Shown here piece by piece: positions 51,459 to 62,072 of a stretch of 64,000 nucleotides of DNA. The translations under genes and the position numbers were made by a program. Position 1 is the stretch's first letter; every line of letters starts with the position of its first letter. The notes beneath the pieces are model-generated. The model had not been told where the DNA came from and did not search any database. It saw nothing but the letters and a program-made list of their open reading frames with translations. Source of the stretch: Eutreptiella sp. 'Long Island Sound 2002' (Eukaryota > Protista > Euglenida); the NCBI GenBank assembly GCA_964036045.1, contig OZ038378.1, positions 187,550,001 to 187,614,000 on the forward strand, given 5' to 3'.

Positions 51459-52263
51459 CCCCCCCCCCCCTTGCGCAAGCACTGCCTTGTCTAAGCACAT
51501 GAGCCCGTGTTACCGTCGTTTTGATGGAATTTTCTGACCACGGTTTTTATGGTCAGAAATGTAACATTATGCGATTGTGCTTCGCTTGTAGAGGGAAAGG
51601 GGGGCTTGATCATGCTTGTGGTAGTTCCTCCTGCTCATACCAACATTCTGCTTGCAATTGCAACCCAATGATGTCCCTGTTGATGTGATTTTCAGCCATG
51701 GCTCATGTTGCTACGCCTGGCATGGCTGTTACGTACATCCCGTCCACCGGTGAACATGTCTCCGCAACAATCATTGGTCCGTGGGCTTGTCTAAGCATGG
51801 GAGCCCGTGTTACCGTCGTTTTGATGACTTTCAGGGTGCTTGCTATGGCCCCGGTACTCTACCCCACCCTCCGTGGGGGAGTGGCCCCCTAACCCCTTTA
51901 CCTTTCCCTCTCTTCGCGGAGCACAGCGTCTCTGCACGGAATTGCCTGGCATGGCCCGACAGGGCCAGGGATGGGTTCGTGACCCCCATGCACGACACTC
52001 CACCATGCTGTACAGCATGCAGGAGGGTGCTCTGTCTTCCAACAGCGCGGAGGGGCTCATGAAGCATGGGCGGGCCTCACGTGAGGCAACCTAAAGGACG
52101 GAGGGGGGAGCCTCTTGTCATACAGGGCGGCAGCTCTCCAGAAACCCGCGCGACTTGCCCCTTGGGTGAGTTTGGGGGCTGGAATGGGTAGAAGCCCCAT
52201 GGACTATTGCTCCTTAATATGATTTCCTTCCTTTCAGGGTGCTTGCGCAAGGGGGGGCGGGGG
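51459..52263 (+). mobile_element. Family D element, cargo-bearing copy 2 (TA TSD)
   Basis: TA|CnTTGCGCAAGCAC...GTGCTTGCGCAAGGn|TA. Confidence 0.85.
51698..51781 (+). pseudogene. Truncated Tudor-like mini-ORF in element D2
   Basis: TTTTCAG|CC|ATG AHVATPGMAVTYIPSTGEHVSATIIGP aligns with PGDHLRYHSRTLGAHVLATVVGP at 17382. Confidence 0.5.
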
Positions 52264-52747
52264 TATATCTGGGGACCCTCCTAGTGGTAACTGCAACTAT
52301 CAAGAGGCCTCCAGGAAAGAACAAACAATACCCAGAAGCCTCTGGGGTTTGTTGCCAACCATAAAAGAAAAACCTAGGAAGACAGGTCTTGTGCTTGCAA
52401 CTCAGCTTTTCCAGGGTTCTATGGGCTGTTTGGGTGGGTGCATCTTGGAACGAGTCACCGGTGTTGGACCACTAATAGTTGCCACGGTGCGGATGCGGTG
52501 CGCGCACGGTGCAACGACACCCTCTCGCATCAATGGAGCTGGTGAACCAGGTGTCACCCTCATTGTACGAGGGATGGCATGCTTTGGCTAGGCAGGGGGT
52601 ACTCAATGCAGTGGGGCTCACTTTCATGAGTTGGTGGATGTGGGTGGTCACAACCCAGAGGGCCACCACGCATTGTGTTTCATGTCGGCCACCTTTTTGT
52701 GGCATATTGCCGTTGGGGAAATGTCTGGGTAAATGTGCCAACAGTAG

Positions 52748-53031
52748 CCCCCCCCCCCCCCCTTGTATAAGCTACGCCCTTGTCCAAGCTACAGTAGGCG
52801 TAGGGACCGTAATAATTGTGTACGTAATTTAATTACGTACGAAATGTAGTGCGGCCACATAAGACATGGGTTTGTCGTCACATTTGCCAATTTCAGCACA
52901 TGTGGCCTGCGCACGTGTGTGCTGGCAGTTGTACGTGTTGCGCGCAAGCCACGCCCTTGTACAAGCTACAGTAGGCGTAGGAACCGTGATAATTGTGCAC
53001 ATTGGCGTAGCTTATACAAGGGGGTGGGGGG
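52748..53031 (+). mobile_element. Family E MITE, copy 2
   Basis: Perfect TIR CCCCTTGTATAAGCTACGCC / GGCGTAGCTTATACAAGGGG; internal direct repeats near both ends. Confidence 0.88.
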
Positions 53032-53544
53032 TGCACAGAGAGCGTGCAGGGGGCACGCGAAAGGCACATTGTGCAAGCTTTACACTTCATGAACAGGTTT
53101 TTGCATGAAGTGGACATCAGCCAAAGCAAGCATTTGTCGGGACCAATTTAAGTCTCTGTGCCTCGTGCACACTGGGAAGCCTCCGGGCGTGGCAGTCTCC
53201 CACTGCATAACCTGATTTCAGACTCCGCTAATCCTCACTACGTGTCAGATCATTTGTGGGATCATTGTAGAACTGGACAGCCCTGAACCTTGACTCTGAC
53301 AGGCTGTCTCGAGTACCAAACAGTGAGCAGGCTACGCCAGCTCATCTTGGTCTGGGCCACAAAAAAAAAGCACTTTTCGGGACCAACTGGGGATTTTTGA
53401 AAAGACTTTGTAGAGCCACGATTTTTCGAAATATGATTTTCACCTGACACCCACCCCCCCCCCCCTGTTTCCGTCAGACAGCCAGCCTCCAAGGCCAGAG
53501 GAGTGCCGAGTACGACTATCAGTGCCACCTGCGATTCATAGGTT

Positions 53545-53756
53545 CAGACGATTTTGTCCAACACGAAGCACGGATGGTCTGTCAATATGCTGTGTGACTT
53601 CGATGTAGAGCACGGCCCACTGTACATAGTGGATTGCAGCTTTATTGTGGAGGACACATCTTATTGGACCAAAGGCTGAAAGTGCCTATGGCGGGGGCAT
53701 GCAGTCAATCAGACCCGACCGTTGCTCTCTCTCTCTCTCTCTCTCCCTCCCTCCCT
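53545..53756 (+). mobile_element. Family H short repeat with (CT)n tail, copy 2
   Basis: Same 5' boundary (CAGACGATTTTGTCCAAC) as 48519; shorter CT tail. Confidence 0.7.
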
Positions 53757-55523
53757 GCTTCAAGCGGTATCCCTGATATGCGCTTGTGGGCAGATGTTTG
53801 ACTGAGGAAAGCTTTGTGTCCCTGGTCAACCAGGCTGTGGTTTCAATGAATTACCTCTCATTCCTTATAAGTTGAGTGGCCTCACAGCGTGACAGCTGTT
53901 GCTGTTCTTGATGACGCATATGCCTCAGACGGGGCAAATGGTACTGCTCCAGCAATATGTTCATACTGTACGGGGCGCAGGGGGGACGCCATGTTGCACT
54001 CAAGCTGCCTATGCTTGAGTGTTCTGGGAGTGTTCCCCTTAACTTTCTGGTTTCTCAAACTTGCTCGAACACCTCGAAAATCAGCCATCAAAACTAAGAC
54101 TGGGTGCTGCATATTCCTTGGGCTTACGTGCCTTGTTACGCCATTTCGATTCACATCGAAGCAATAATTATCAAATTACAAAACACATCCGCCCTGTTGA
54201 GTGCAGGCGCCCCTGGCATTAAGGCGTGTACAGACCATGCCTGAAACAAATCTTCATTGCCGTTCATCGCAAATGCTAAGCTCCACTCTCTGCGCCTGCC
54301 TTTGCACCAGAAGCCATATGCTCTCAGGGGCTTTGATCAGTGTGATGCTTTAATGACTCCACGTTGCTTTTTGGTTGCCGAGGAGGGGCGCTGAGGGGAG
54401 CTGGGGGCCTTTCATGTGCCCCATGCCTGCTCCATTGCATCACGTGCTCGCATGCTTTGCTGCAGCATGCTGCCGTGGGTGGCCATTTGCTGGTGCGCAA
54501 GGTGGGCATCAGCCATGAGTGGGTTAGGCAAATTGCAGGGCATTCCCAGGTTACAGCACCTCAGAATCCCCTGTAATGATCCGTACCTGCGCCCCTTCCC
54601 TTCCGAGTGCACTACATATGCATGTGTGCACGTACGAGGGTGTGGCGTGATGCCCAGCAGTGGTTGAACAATGCGACCTCTTTTCATCAATGGTTCATGT
54701 CTTGCACCCTGTCCTACGTTCACGTGGTGCATAGCCTCCCAGAATATATCTTGGCCCATCAACAAGGCCTCTCATTTGGTGACGCAACAGCTGTCGCCCT
54801 GATATGCCTCCCATTTGACCTCTTATGTGTAGGACATGTTGCATTCACTTCAAGTTGTCCGTTATTGGTGTACATATTGGTGTACATAAGCTGACCCAGC
54901 TGATGCATTAGACCAAGCAGGTAGTGAACAGAGACAGCTCCCCAGGTAAAGCTGGAACACATGCCAAATGTGGAGCCCTCGTTTGTACTATATGCCCTAC
55001 TTCTTGAACCAGGCGGTTGCCTGAGAGCTCACATTACACTCTTTGAACTTGTTGAGCCTGAGCAAAAAAAAAGATGCATTTGACAAAGTGGTTTTCTGCT
55101 TGGTCACGGATGTTTTCCGGTTTATGCAGGGTTCTGCATCTCAAATGTGCACTGTACCAGCAAAGTATGGACGTTTTCAGGGCACAAGGATGTGCACAAC
55201 CAACTGCATGGAACTAGAGATATGATCACGTGCGCATCATCATTGCACACTTTTTGCCATAGAGATGTGTCATCAAATTTTAAGGTCTGGTGTGTGAAGC
55301 ATTCCAACTGGTGTTTCACCACTCTCACTGTCGGATGGCACTAATAACTAAAACCAGCTTGGAGGCTTCATGGCAATATGAATGTGCATTATGCAGAATA
55401 CACAGTTTTTTTTTTTACACAATTTTAGCCATGGATTTTGATCAAAAACGCAAAAGTGACAGTTTGCCGAACGCCCCGTGGAGGCTGCACAAAGGGGGGT
55501 GTGGTGTGTGTGTGTGTCACTAA

Positions 55524-58500
55524 GGGAATGCCATGCACGCAGTGCGCACGCAGTGCGAAGTTTTGGATGTCGGCAAATACTCGAACCCTAGTTTTGGCCC
55601 CTTTTCACAAGTTTTTGGTTCCGTACAAGGGTTTTTTTGGCTTCCCAAGCATTTAGGATGTGGCATATTTGAATTGTCAATCATTTCCCCCTAATTTCCT
55701 CCCCTGCAAGCTTTTCCGTCAAGTGACCGAACTCATGGTTACCAAGGACCACGAGTTCGTTGGGAACTCTACATCTCCCCCCTTTGCCTTCCTTTCATAC
55801 CCCTTTCACATGGGCATATCGCTTCCTTTGGGGAAGCGGCTTACAAGGGTGTTTTGGGCCACTTAAGGGTGTCGAAAACCCAAGTCTTTATCGTGCGCAA
55901 ACGCTAACTTTGTGTACTTGTGAGCATGAACGTAAATAACTTAACAAAGACCAAAAGCTAGAACTTGAACATGTGTGCATCTTGCATGCCCTTGCATAGT
56001 TGTACTTTATAAGGCTGATTTGCTTGTTGCCCTGGGGCCGTAAGGCCCGCCGTTCGCTGTCCGGCCGCGGGGGAGGGGCTCCGCGGCCGCCAGTGACGCT
56101 CAGCTGTAAAGCTGACCCCGGTGATTATCCCGCCGGATTAGCGCTGCCGTACAGGTGGCAACGGACGAAGTTCCGGACGAACCGAAAGCATAATTATGGA
56201 TGGCAGGACAGGCCCTACAAAACTATAGTCGGGCTTTTTTTTTTACTGGCCAGAATCCGGATTTCTGGTCAAAAATCGGCGCGCACGCGTGACCAATGGC
56301 TGTCGCCGACATTTTGCCTGTTGAACTCAGCACCTAGCTACAGTTGACGAAAATTCGATTTAAGACCATGAATGTGAAGGATTTTAAAGCCCGAATAATG
56401 CTGTCAAACCGGATTTCCGCAAAACTGCACGAATCACTGTTTCGGAACACCGATCCCCGTTTTCCGCCAGCAGCGTGTTCGACGGCGAGGTTTTGACTAA
56501 ATATTCGTGTTCAGCGTGAAAAACTACCCAGATTTGGCTTTCGGTTTATCAAAATTCGAGCCGGTAGGCCAAAGATATGATTTTTTCAAGTTTTGATAAA
56601 GGTGGCTCAGTTTGGCCATTTTGGCCTGTTTCGTAGGCCTGTTGTAGCGAAACCGAAGGGAGTTAGCAATGAACCGGGTGACAATCCAAGTTCATTTGCA
56701 CCCAAATGATGTGAAAATGCCCAAGGTTGACCACTCCAGCCTCCTCTTGATGCCTAGAAAGAGGGTACAAACGGTAGAAAAAACAGTACTTAGAGAAGGT
56801 TGCTGTCTCCATTGTACAGCCTTGTCAAAGCGCTATATCCCGGCCCAGGGATCGAACCTTTGTGCAAACTAGTCCCGTATGGGTGCAATGGAACGGGTAT
56901 AAGCAATGTTACGTCCCTATGGCCTCTATAGAGAGCACTTGGGGGCGAAAACTCAAAGATACGTGCTTTTTAAGCTGTGTTTTTGGGTGCTGTCACAACA
57001 GCAGCCTACCAAAATCATGGGTCTCCCCCCCGGTGTTCCGGTTGCATGCCCATGCTTTTGTGCGACTTCAACCAAGTATTTTTGAGCAGTTTGGACTTAG
57101 AGGGAGGGGAATGGCCACTAGTTTGCCTGGTCTACTCCCAAAGACCCCTAGATATAGCAGCCGGGGGTTTGGCATTTTGGTCAAAAATGGACATTTTTGG
57201 TTTGTGGGTCCATTTGTCGGAGGTCGTTCTCCGACATACCGTGGAGTTAGAACAAAGTGTTGGGCTCGTTTGAAAGCTGAGAGCATGTCCTAAAAGGATA
57301 ATAGGACCCGCCACAGGCCGTCTCACACCCATTCCTTGCAAAAAATGCATCTTTGGTGGTCATTTTTGACAAAAATCAGTTGTATCTTGTGCGTACCCTG
57401 CCACGGCAAAATGTGTACCTGTCGGCACGTAGTCAAGTAGGAAGCACATATGTTACTAAGCCCTCAACCAAGCATAATAGAGTCATTTGGATCTAGAAGA
57501 ATGCAAAAGGTCAATTGTTTGCCCATTGAAGCCCCATTGGCCCGGATTTATAAGCGTTGGGGGTTTTGCATTGTTGTGTAAAGTAGCAATTTACAGTTTA
57601 TGCTTCCATTTGTCGGACTTCGTTCTCGAACATATTGTTGAGTTGGAACGAACCGTTTGGCTCCTTTGAAAGGTGAAGACATATCGTAATAGAATTCGAG
57701 GAATGAGCATAGTCTAGCTTGTGACCATTTTCCGCAAAAATCAGGTTTTTAGTCATGTTTTTCGGTCAAAATTAGCGCGATGAAATGTGTACTTGTTGGT
57801 ACGTACCAAAATTTCTTGTACTTTTGGCTTTCTAGGCTTGGGAAGGAGGAGCATAGCGAGTCCTTCCCAAGCCTAGTCACAAAGCTAATGCCATGGATTC
57901 TATCTTTTTTTTTTTTTTTTTTTGTCTTTGTAACTGCATTTGCATTTGCATTGCATTGCATACCAATTTTGCAAATGGGTAAATTTTTGCTGCGATGTAT
58001 ATTATGCTTAGGTTGTATTGTTCTCGTGATGGATCGCAGAAACACAGGAACTATTGTTTTGGGCGCGTGTAGTAGCATGTAGTGATGATAGTTGCTCTTT
58101 TTTTATTTTCGTCATTCTCTTTTTCGGCTGAATAATACAATGTGTACCGAAAACAGTGTATGGACCAAAAGTGTGATGTAACACAATCTGTATCACAATG
58201 AACAAGAGCTATGAAGTATGCATTCTTTGGTCTATTTTGATTAATATTTTGACTAAAAAAATGAGCCATAATGCAATTCCACTTCATCCATGCCCCTCCT
58301 ATTAAAAACACACACAAAAAAACCCTGGTATGTGACATGGGCATGTGACATGGAGGTGACTAACAGTAACTACCACTATCCCGCCGGGTCTTGTCGCGGG
58401 TGGGCGGGCCGGGCTTACCATCAGCGCTTGTTCATAACGACACTTGATTACCAAGCTGAAGGCAGATTTGTTGTTCTGATGTGGGCTTTGCTGCTTCGCC

Positions 58501-58607
58501 GTGCTAGTAAACAGGTGACAGGTATTCTTGGGTGAGTATCCTAGCCTCTGCGTGTGCAATATGCACGCAGTGCCCACGCAGTGCGCACGCAGTGCAAACA
58601 CTTAGCC
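55524..58607 (+). mobile_element. Putative 3.1-kb family J element (TAA TSD, GCACGCAGT subterminal repeats)
   Basis: TAA|GGGAATGCCATGCACGCAGTGCGCACGCAGTGC...GCACGCAGTGCCCACGCAGTGCGCACGCAGTGCAAACACTTAGCC|TAA; TIR is very weak; interior is AT-rich with a ~100-bp repeat pair (57210, 57606). Confidence 0.4.
56034..56244 (+). ncRNA. Candidate structured RNA or hairpin cluster ending in T10
   Basis: Two GTAA-capped stems, an 8-bp GC stem, nested long-range pairings and a T10 run at 56235-56244; family not recognised. Confidence 0.3.
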
Positions 58608-59335
58608 TAAATATCTTCAGCCAAATCCATAGCGTTCACTATCATACAGCTCATCTACAGCGCTGTCCGCACTGCAGTGGTGTGTGTGTGTGTGGGTGGT
58701 GGGGGGGTGCAATAAGTACCCCATGGGCACTGTGCACCTACTGGGGTCAAACCACGTGTTCAGCTGCCCCTTCAACTTCAACTTCAACCGCGGGCCCTCA
58801 GACGTGCTTCCAATAATTTTGTGTGAGGATTGTATAAAGGGATCGGAGGCTCTTGCCCAGCCCCACTCCTGTTGCACCAAAAACTGCCCTCCCCTTTGGT
58901 ATACTCCCCACAACCACCTTTACTTCGCTCACAAAAAAGAACAAAAACAAATTGCCAGGTGCTTGTGTTGATGTTATTCTCACCATTCATAGGGCATAAT
59001 TGTGGTTTTAATGGAAAGATGTATTTCACACATGATGTCACCAAGATGAAATGGCCAAAGTCAGAACTACTGCCCTAGTGCCTCGAAATGGTCGGCCCTC
59101 ATTTGTCAATTTCCCTTACCCCCATCTCATGCGCTGAGTATTGGGGTCTGTACGAGGGGGGCAATGTGGTTCAGAACCTGCAACCCCTCACCCCCTTGGG
59201 ACACCCCAGTTCTTGAACCCGCCTTTTAGCCGATTGAGATTTTCAGGGAATTTGGCAATGCCGCAGGCGCCGGTAATTTTTTCCGGGCGTATGGCATGGG
59301 GTAAAAAGGTTTTCCCACCTTATGTAGTAGGACAA

Positions 59336-59462
59336 GGGTAGGAAAAATCCATGAGGCAGGAAAAATACATAGGGGTAGGACAAATCCAAAGGGTATGAAA
59401 ACTCCCCAACGGTCGGGGAAATCCACAGGGTACAAAAAATCCACAAGGGTAGGAAACCTCCA
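59336..59462 (+). repeat. Degenerate ~20-bp tandem repeat (AGGGTAGGAAAAATCCAC-like)
   Basis: About 6 imperfect units. Confidence 0.7.
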
Positions 59463-59748
59463 CTACTTTCTTCTGTTCTTTTTTTTTAGTCTTGGCCTCA
59501 TTGGGTTGAATGGGGTTGTGCTTGTGTTATAGCAGATTCTTGTTGTGTTATGGTGCAGCAGCTTCATGAACTGAGAGGACGTTGGCTGGAATTGCCTAGG
59601 CGGGGACATCTACCGTAGTATCTGTGAGTTGCAAGTCAGGCTGAGCAAGGTATTGTGATGCATGTATATTGTGGACCCCATGGTGTAGTGAGTTTGAAGG
59701 TACGACGTGCCATGTGGGATGTTCACGTTTAGGGCGAAACCTGATCCC

Positions 59749-60416
59749 GGGGGAGCCTTAAGCGCAGTGCGCGCGCAAAGCAACTATTTGGGTGTCTGGC
59801 CTTACTAGAGACCCATACTTTGAGATACCAGGGGCCCCTAGGGGCGTCATGGTGACCCCTAGCGGAGGTTTTGGATTCTGATTTTGTCCCCCTTTGTTTG
59901 GGGATCCCCGAGAATGCAGGGGTGACGTAGCATTTCCCCCCTCTTTTGGGCCCCAACCTTCCTTGATCTTCCGCGATCGCATCGAGCACGCGCAAGTCTG
60001 CAGATGTTAATATGAAACATCGTCATGTGAAGGAACTGTTCAATCGAGTTATGTAAGATACTTCGATGTCTTTTGAACAGGGTTTATCTTTGGATTGTGG
60101 AATTGGTTTCGAATTGGTGCCCCGCCTAAAGATCCTGCGAGAGGTTGTTGAGTTTTGGGAAAACGAGACGATTTTCAAGAGAGAAACGACAATGGAACAG
60201 AAAGACAGTTGTGTGTTGTTGAGGGTGGCAACCAATGCGCTGTTCATGGCTTTTCCAGTTGTGCATGATGTGTGTTATGTGAAGGGAAGGTAGTTTGCAA
60301 CTTTCTTGAGCTGGGGCAGTTTGGGTCACCTAATTCTAAGGGTGTTTCCAAGGGGTGTGCTTGGGGGCTCTTCGGGGGGAACATCGTCTAAAAGTCGCGC
60401 GCAGTGCAAAGATCCC
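59749..60416 (+). mobile_element. Family A element, copy 3
   Basis: First ~190 bp and last ~240 bp match A2; right terminus degenerate (GCAAAGATCCCACC); different central segment. Confidence 0.8.
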
Positions 60417-61195
60417 ACCTCAATATGTCTACACATTGTACGTGTAGGCCTTAGCTGTAGAACATGTACAGAACACCCCAAATGAAAGCTGCCACACAAT
60501 GCATTCTGATGGAACACGGTGGAATATGTATCTTAACTCACGGATACACATGAATGTTGCTGTCTGATAGGTCTACTACTGAGTGAATGCATGAATGTGG
60601 GGATTAGAATCCGATTAGTCGGCTGGGGGATCATCCAGAAAACCCTCCTGAGCTAGCCAGTCAAGCACGGGTTGTGTGACCACAATACACATTGAACTAA
60701 ACCCAAGTGCTCGTGTGAGTAGTATGTGGGCCTTTGTGACACGCGGCCTCATTGGCAAGAAGACCTTGGGGCAGGCTTCTTTGTGAGCAGGTTGTGGTGA
60801 GAAGTTATTCCCCCTTTTGCATATGTCAAACACCCGTGTGTTGGGTGCAGTGCCCGCGTCTTGGGTGCAGAAGACCTGCAGCTGATGTGAATATGGAAAC
60901 ATGTCGTATTTTGGACCGTTAGGCAGCAGTTACATCTAACATGGAGGGAGCATTAGAAGCGGCGCGCGAGTGCACAATCATCAGGGTGACTGGCAGCAGC
61001 CCAGCAGAAGTGAAAAGAGCATAATGGGAAGTGTGTGTTGCATGGTTTTGTGTCGGTGTGTGTAGGGGGGTATAGCGTCCTCAAAATTGTGTGTGCCAAC
61101 AGCCAGAGCTGTCAGGCGTGGCGCTCACCAGAGTGCATATGCGGAGGTGGGGTATTCTACCCCCCCCCCTTGTCTAGGATAAACTCCGCACCACC

Positions 61196-61810
61196 GTGGA
61201 TGACCGATACACAGTATGCCCCTGGCGTAAAAGACAAGACGTGTGGCGCCTTGTAAAACAACTCCTACACAAAGCAAGCTTCACAGCTTACGCAACAAGT
61301 ACAGAAAGTCCATTTTTGATGCTCAGGAAATTGCAGCCCAAATTTCGCCCCTTTGGCAGACGACTGTGCAATCGGACTATGCAATATGAGGAGGGTGCAT
61401 TTGTGGAAAAATGCAAGTCATATCTCGAAGAAAATTTTCAAAGAAAAAATATTTCTTTAATGGCGAAGATGCCGATCAAACCTCTCTCACTTGAATTTGT
61501 GGAAGCTGCTTTGGAGGGATGGAATCACCGCTGCTGTGTATGTTACCTTTCGTGAATTCTTTGCACCACTTGTGTTGGAACTCTTTCAAAATATTTTACA
61601 GACAGGGAGATTAAATCAGTACTAGTCAGAGGCAATGCTAAACCCCATACCTAAGGCATTCGGTGCATGGGGGTAGAGGACTTGAAGCCTCTAATCCTAC
61701 AAAGCGTCTGCCACAAGTGGGCGGTTGCCATTGTGGTGCTCCAACTACCAGATCTTATCTATGCCATTACACCGCCACAGCAGCGTGGCTTCATTAAGGG
61801 TAGATACATA
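61196..61810 (+). pseudogene. Decayed non-LTR retrotransposon reverse-transcriptase fragment
   Basis: VEDLKPLILQSVCHKWAVAIVVLQLPDLIYAITPPQQRGFIKGRYI matches the LINE RT N-terminal pattern (RPIxL..K......Q.GF..GR.I), preceded by PLSLEFVEAAL; in-frame stops; cut off by a family B end. Confidence 0.65.
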
Positions 61811-62072
61811 GGGGGCGTACTGTGCGCTGTGCGCGCGCTGTGCGAAAAGTAGGCCATTCTCCACCACCGGTAGGCAGTTTTTTGGGTGTAGGATTGCCGC
61901 AGGGTACTATTGCCGTTGTGTGTCCTTGTAGCATCAACCTTCCCCCTTCTTGCATGTATGTACCCTTGCAAACGGGCACCCTGAGGCCGGTATATGGTGA
62001 TACATTCTCAGGGTGTTTGCTGCAGGGCATCATCTTTTGCTCTCATTTCTCAGACCCTCTATTGCATTCCCC

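Larger units (their letters stand above)
51403..52524 (+). mobile_element. Family C element with a nested family D insertion
   Basis: GAGGGCGCTCTTGCCACGGTG...CGGTGCAACGACACCCTC; 52270-52524 matches 36485-36745; flanks ATG/TCG do not form a perfect TSD. Confidence 0.75.

Noticed and set aside
55043-55225. KDAFDKV resembling the RT D..KAFD.V motif
   Set aside because: Isolated short match with no flanking RT motifs in frame
56118-56234. Group I intron core (GATTA/TAGTC P7-like pairing) or HDV-like ribozyme
   Set aside because: P3/P4/P6 order and J4/2 length do not fit either descriptor; kept only as an unclassified hairpin cluster
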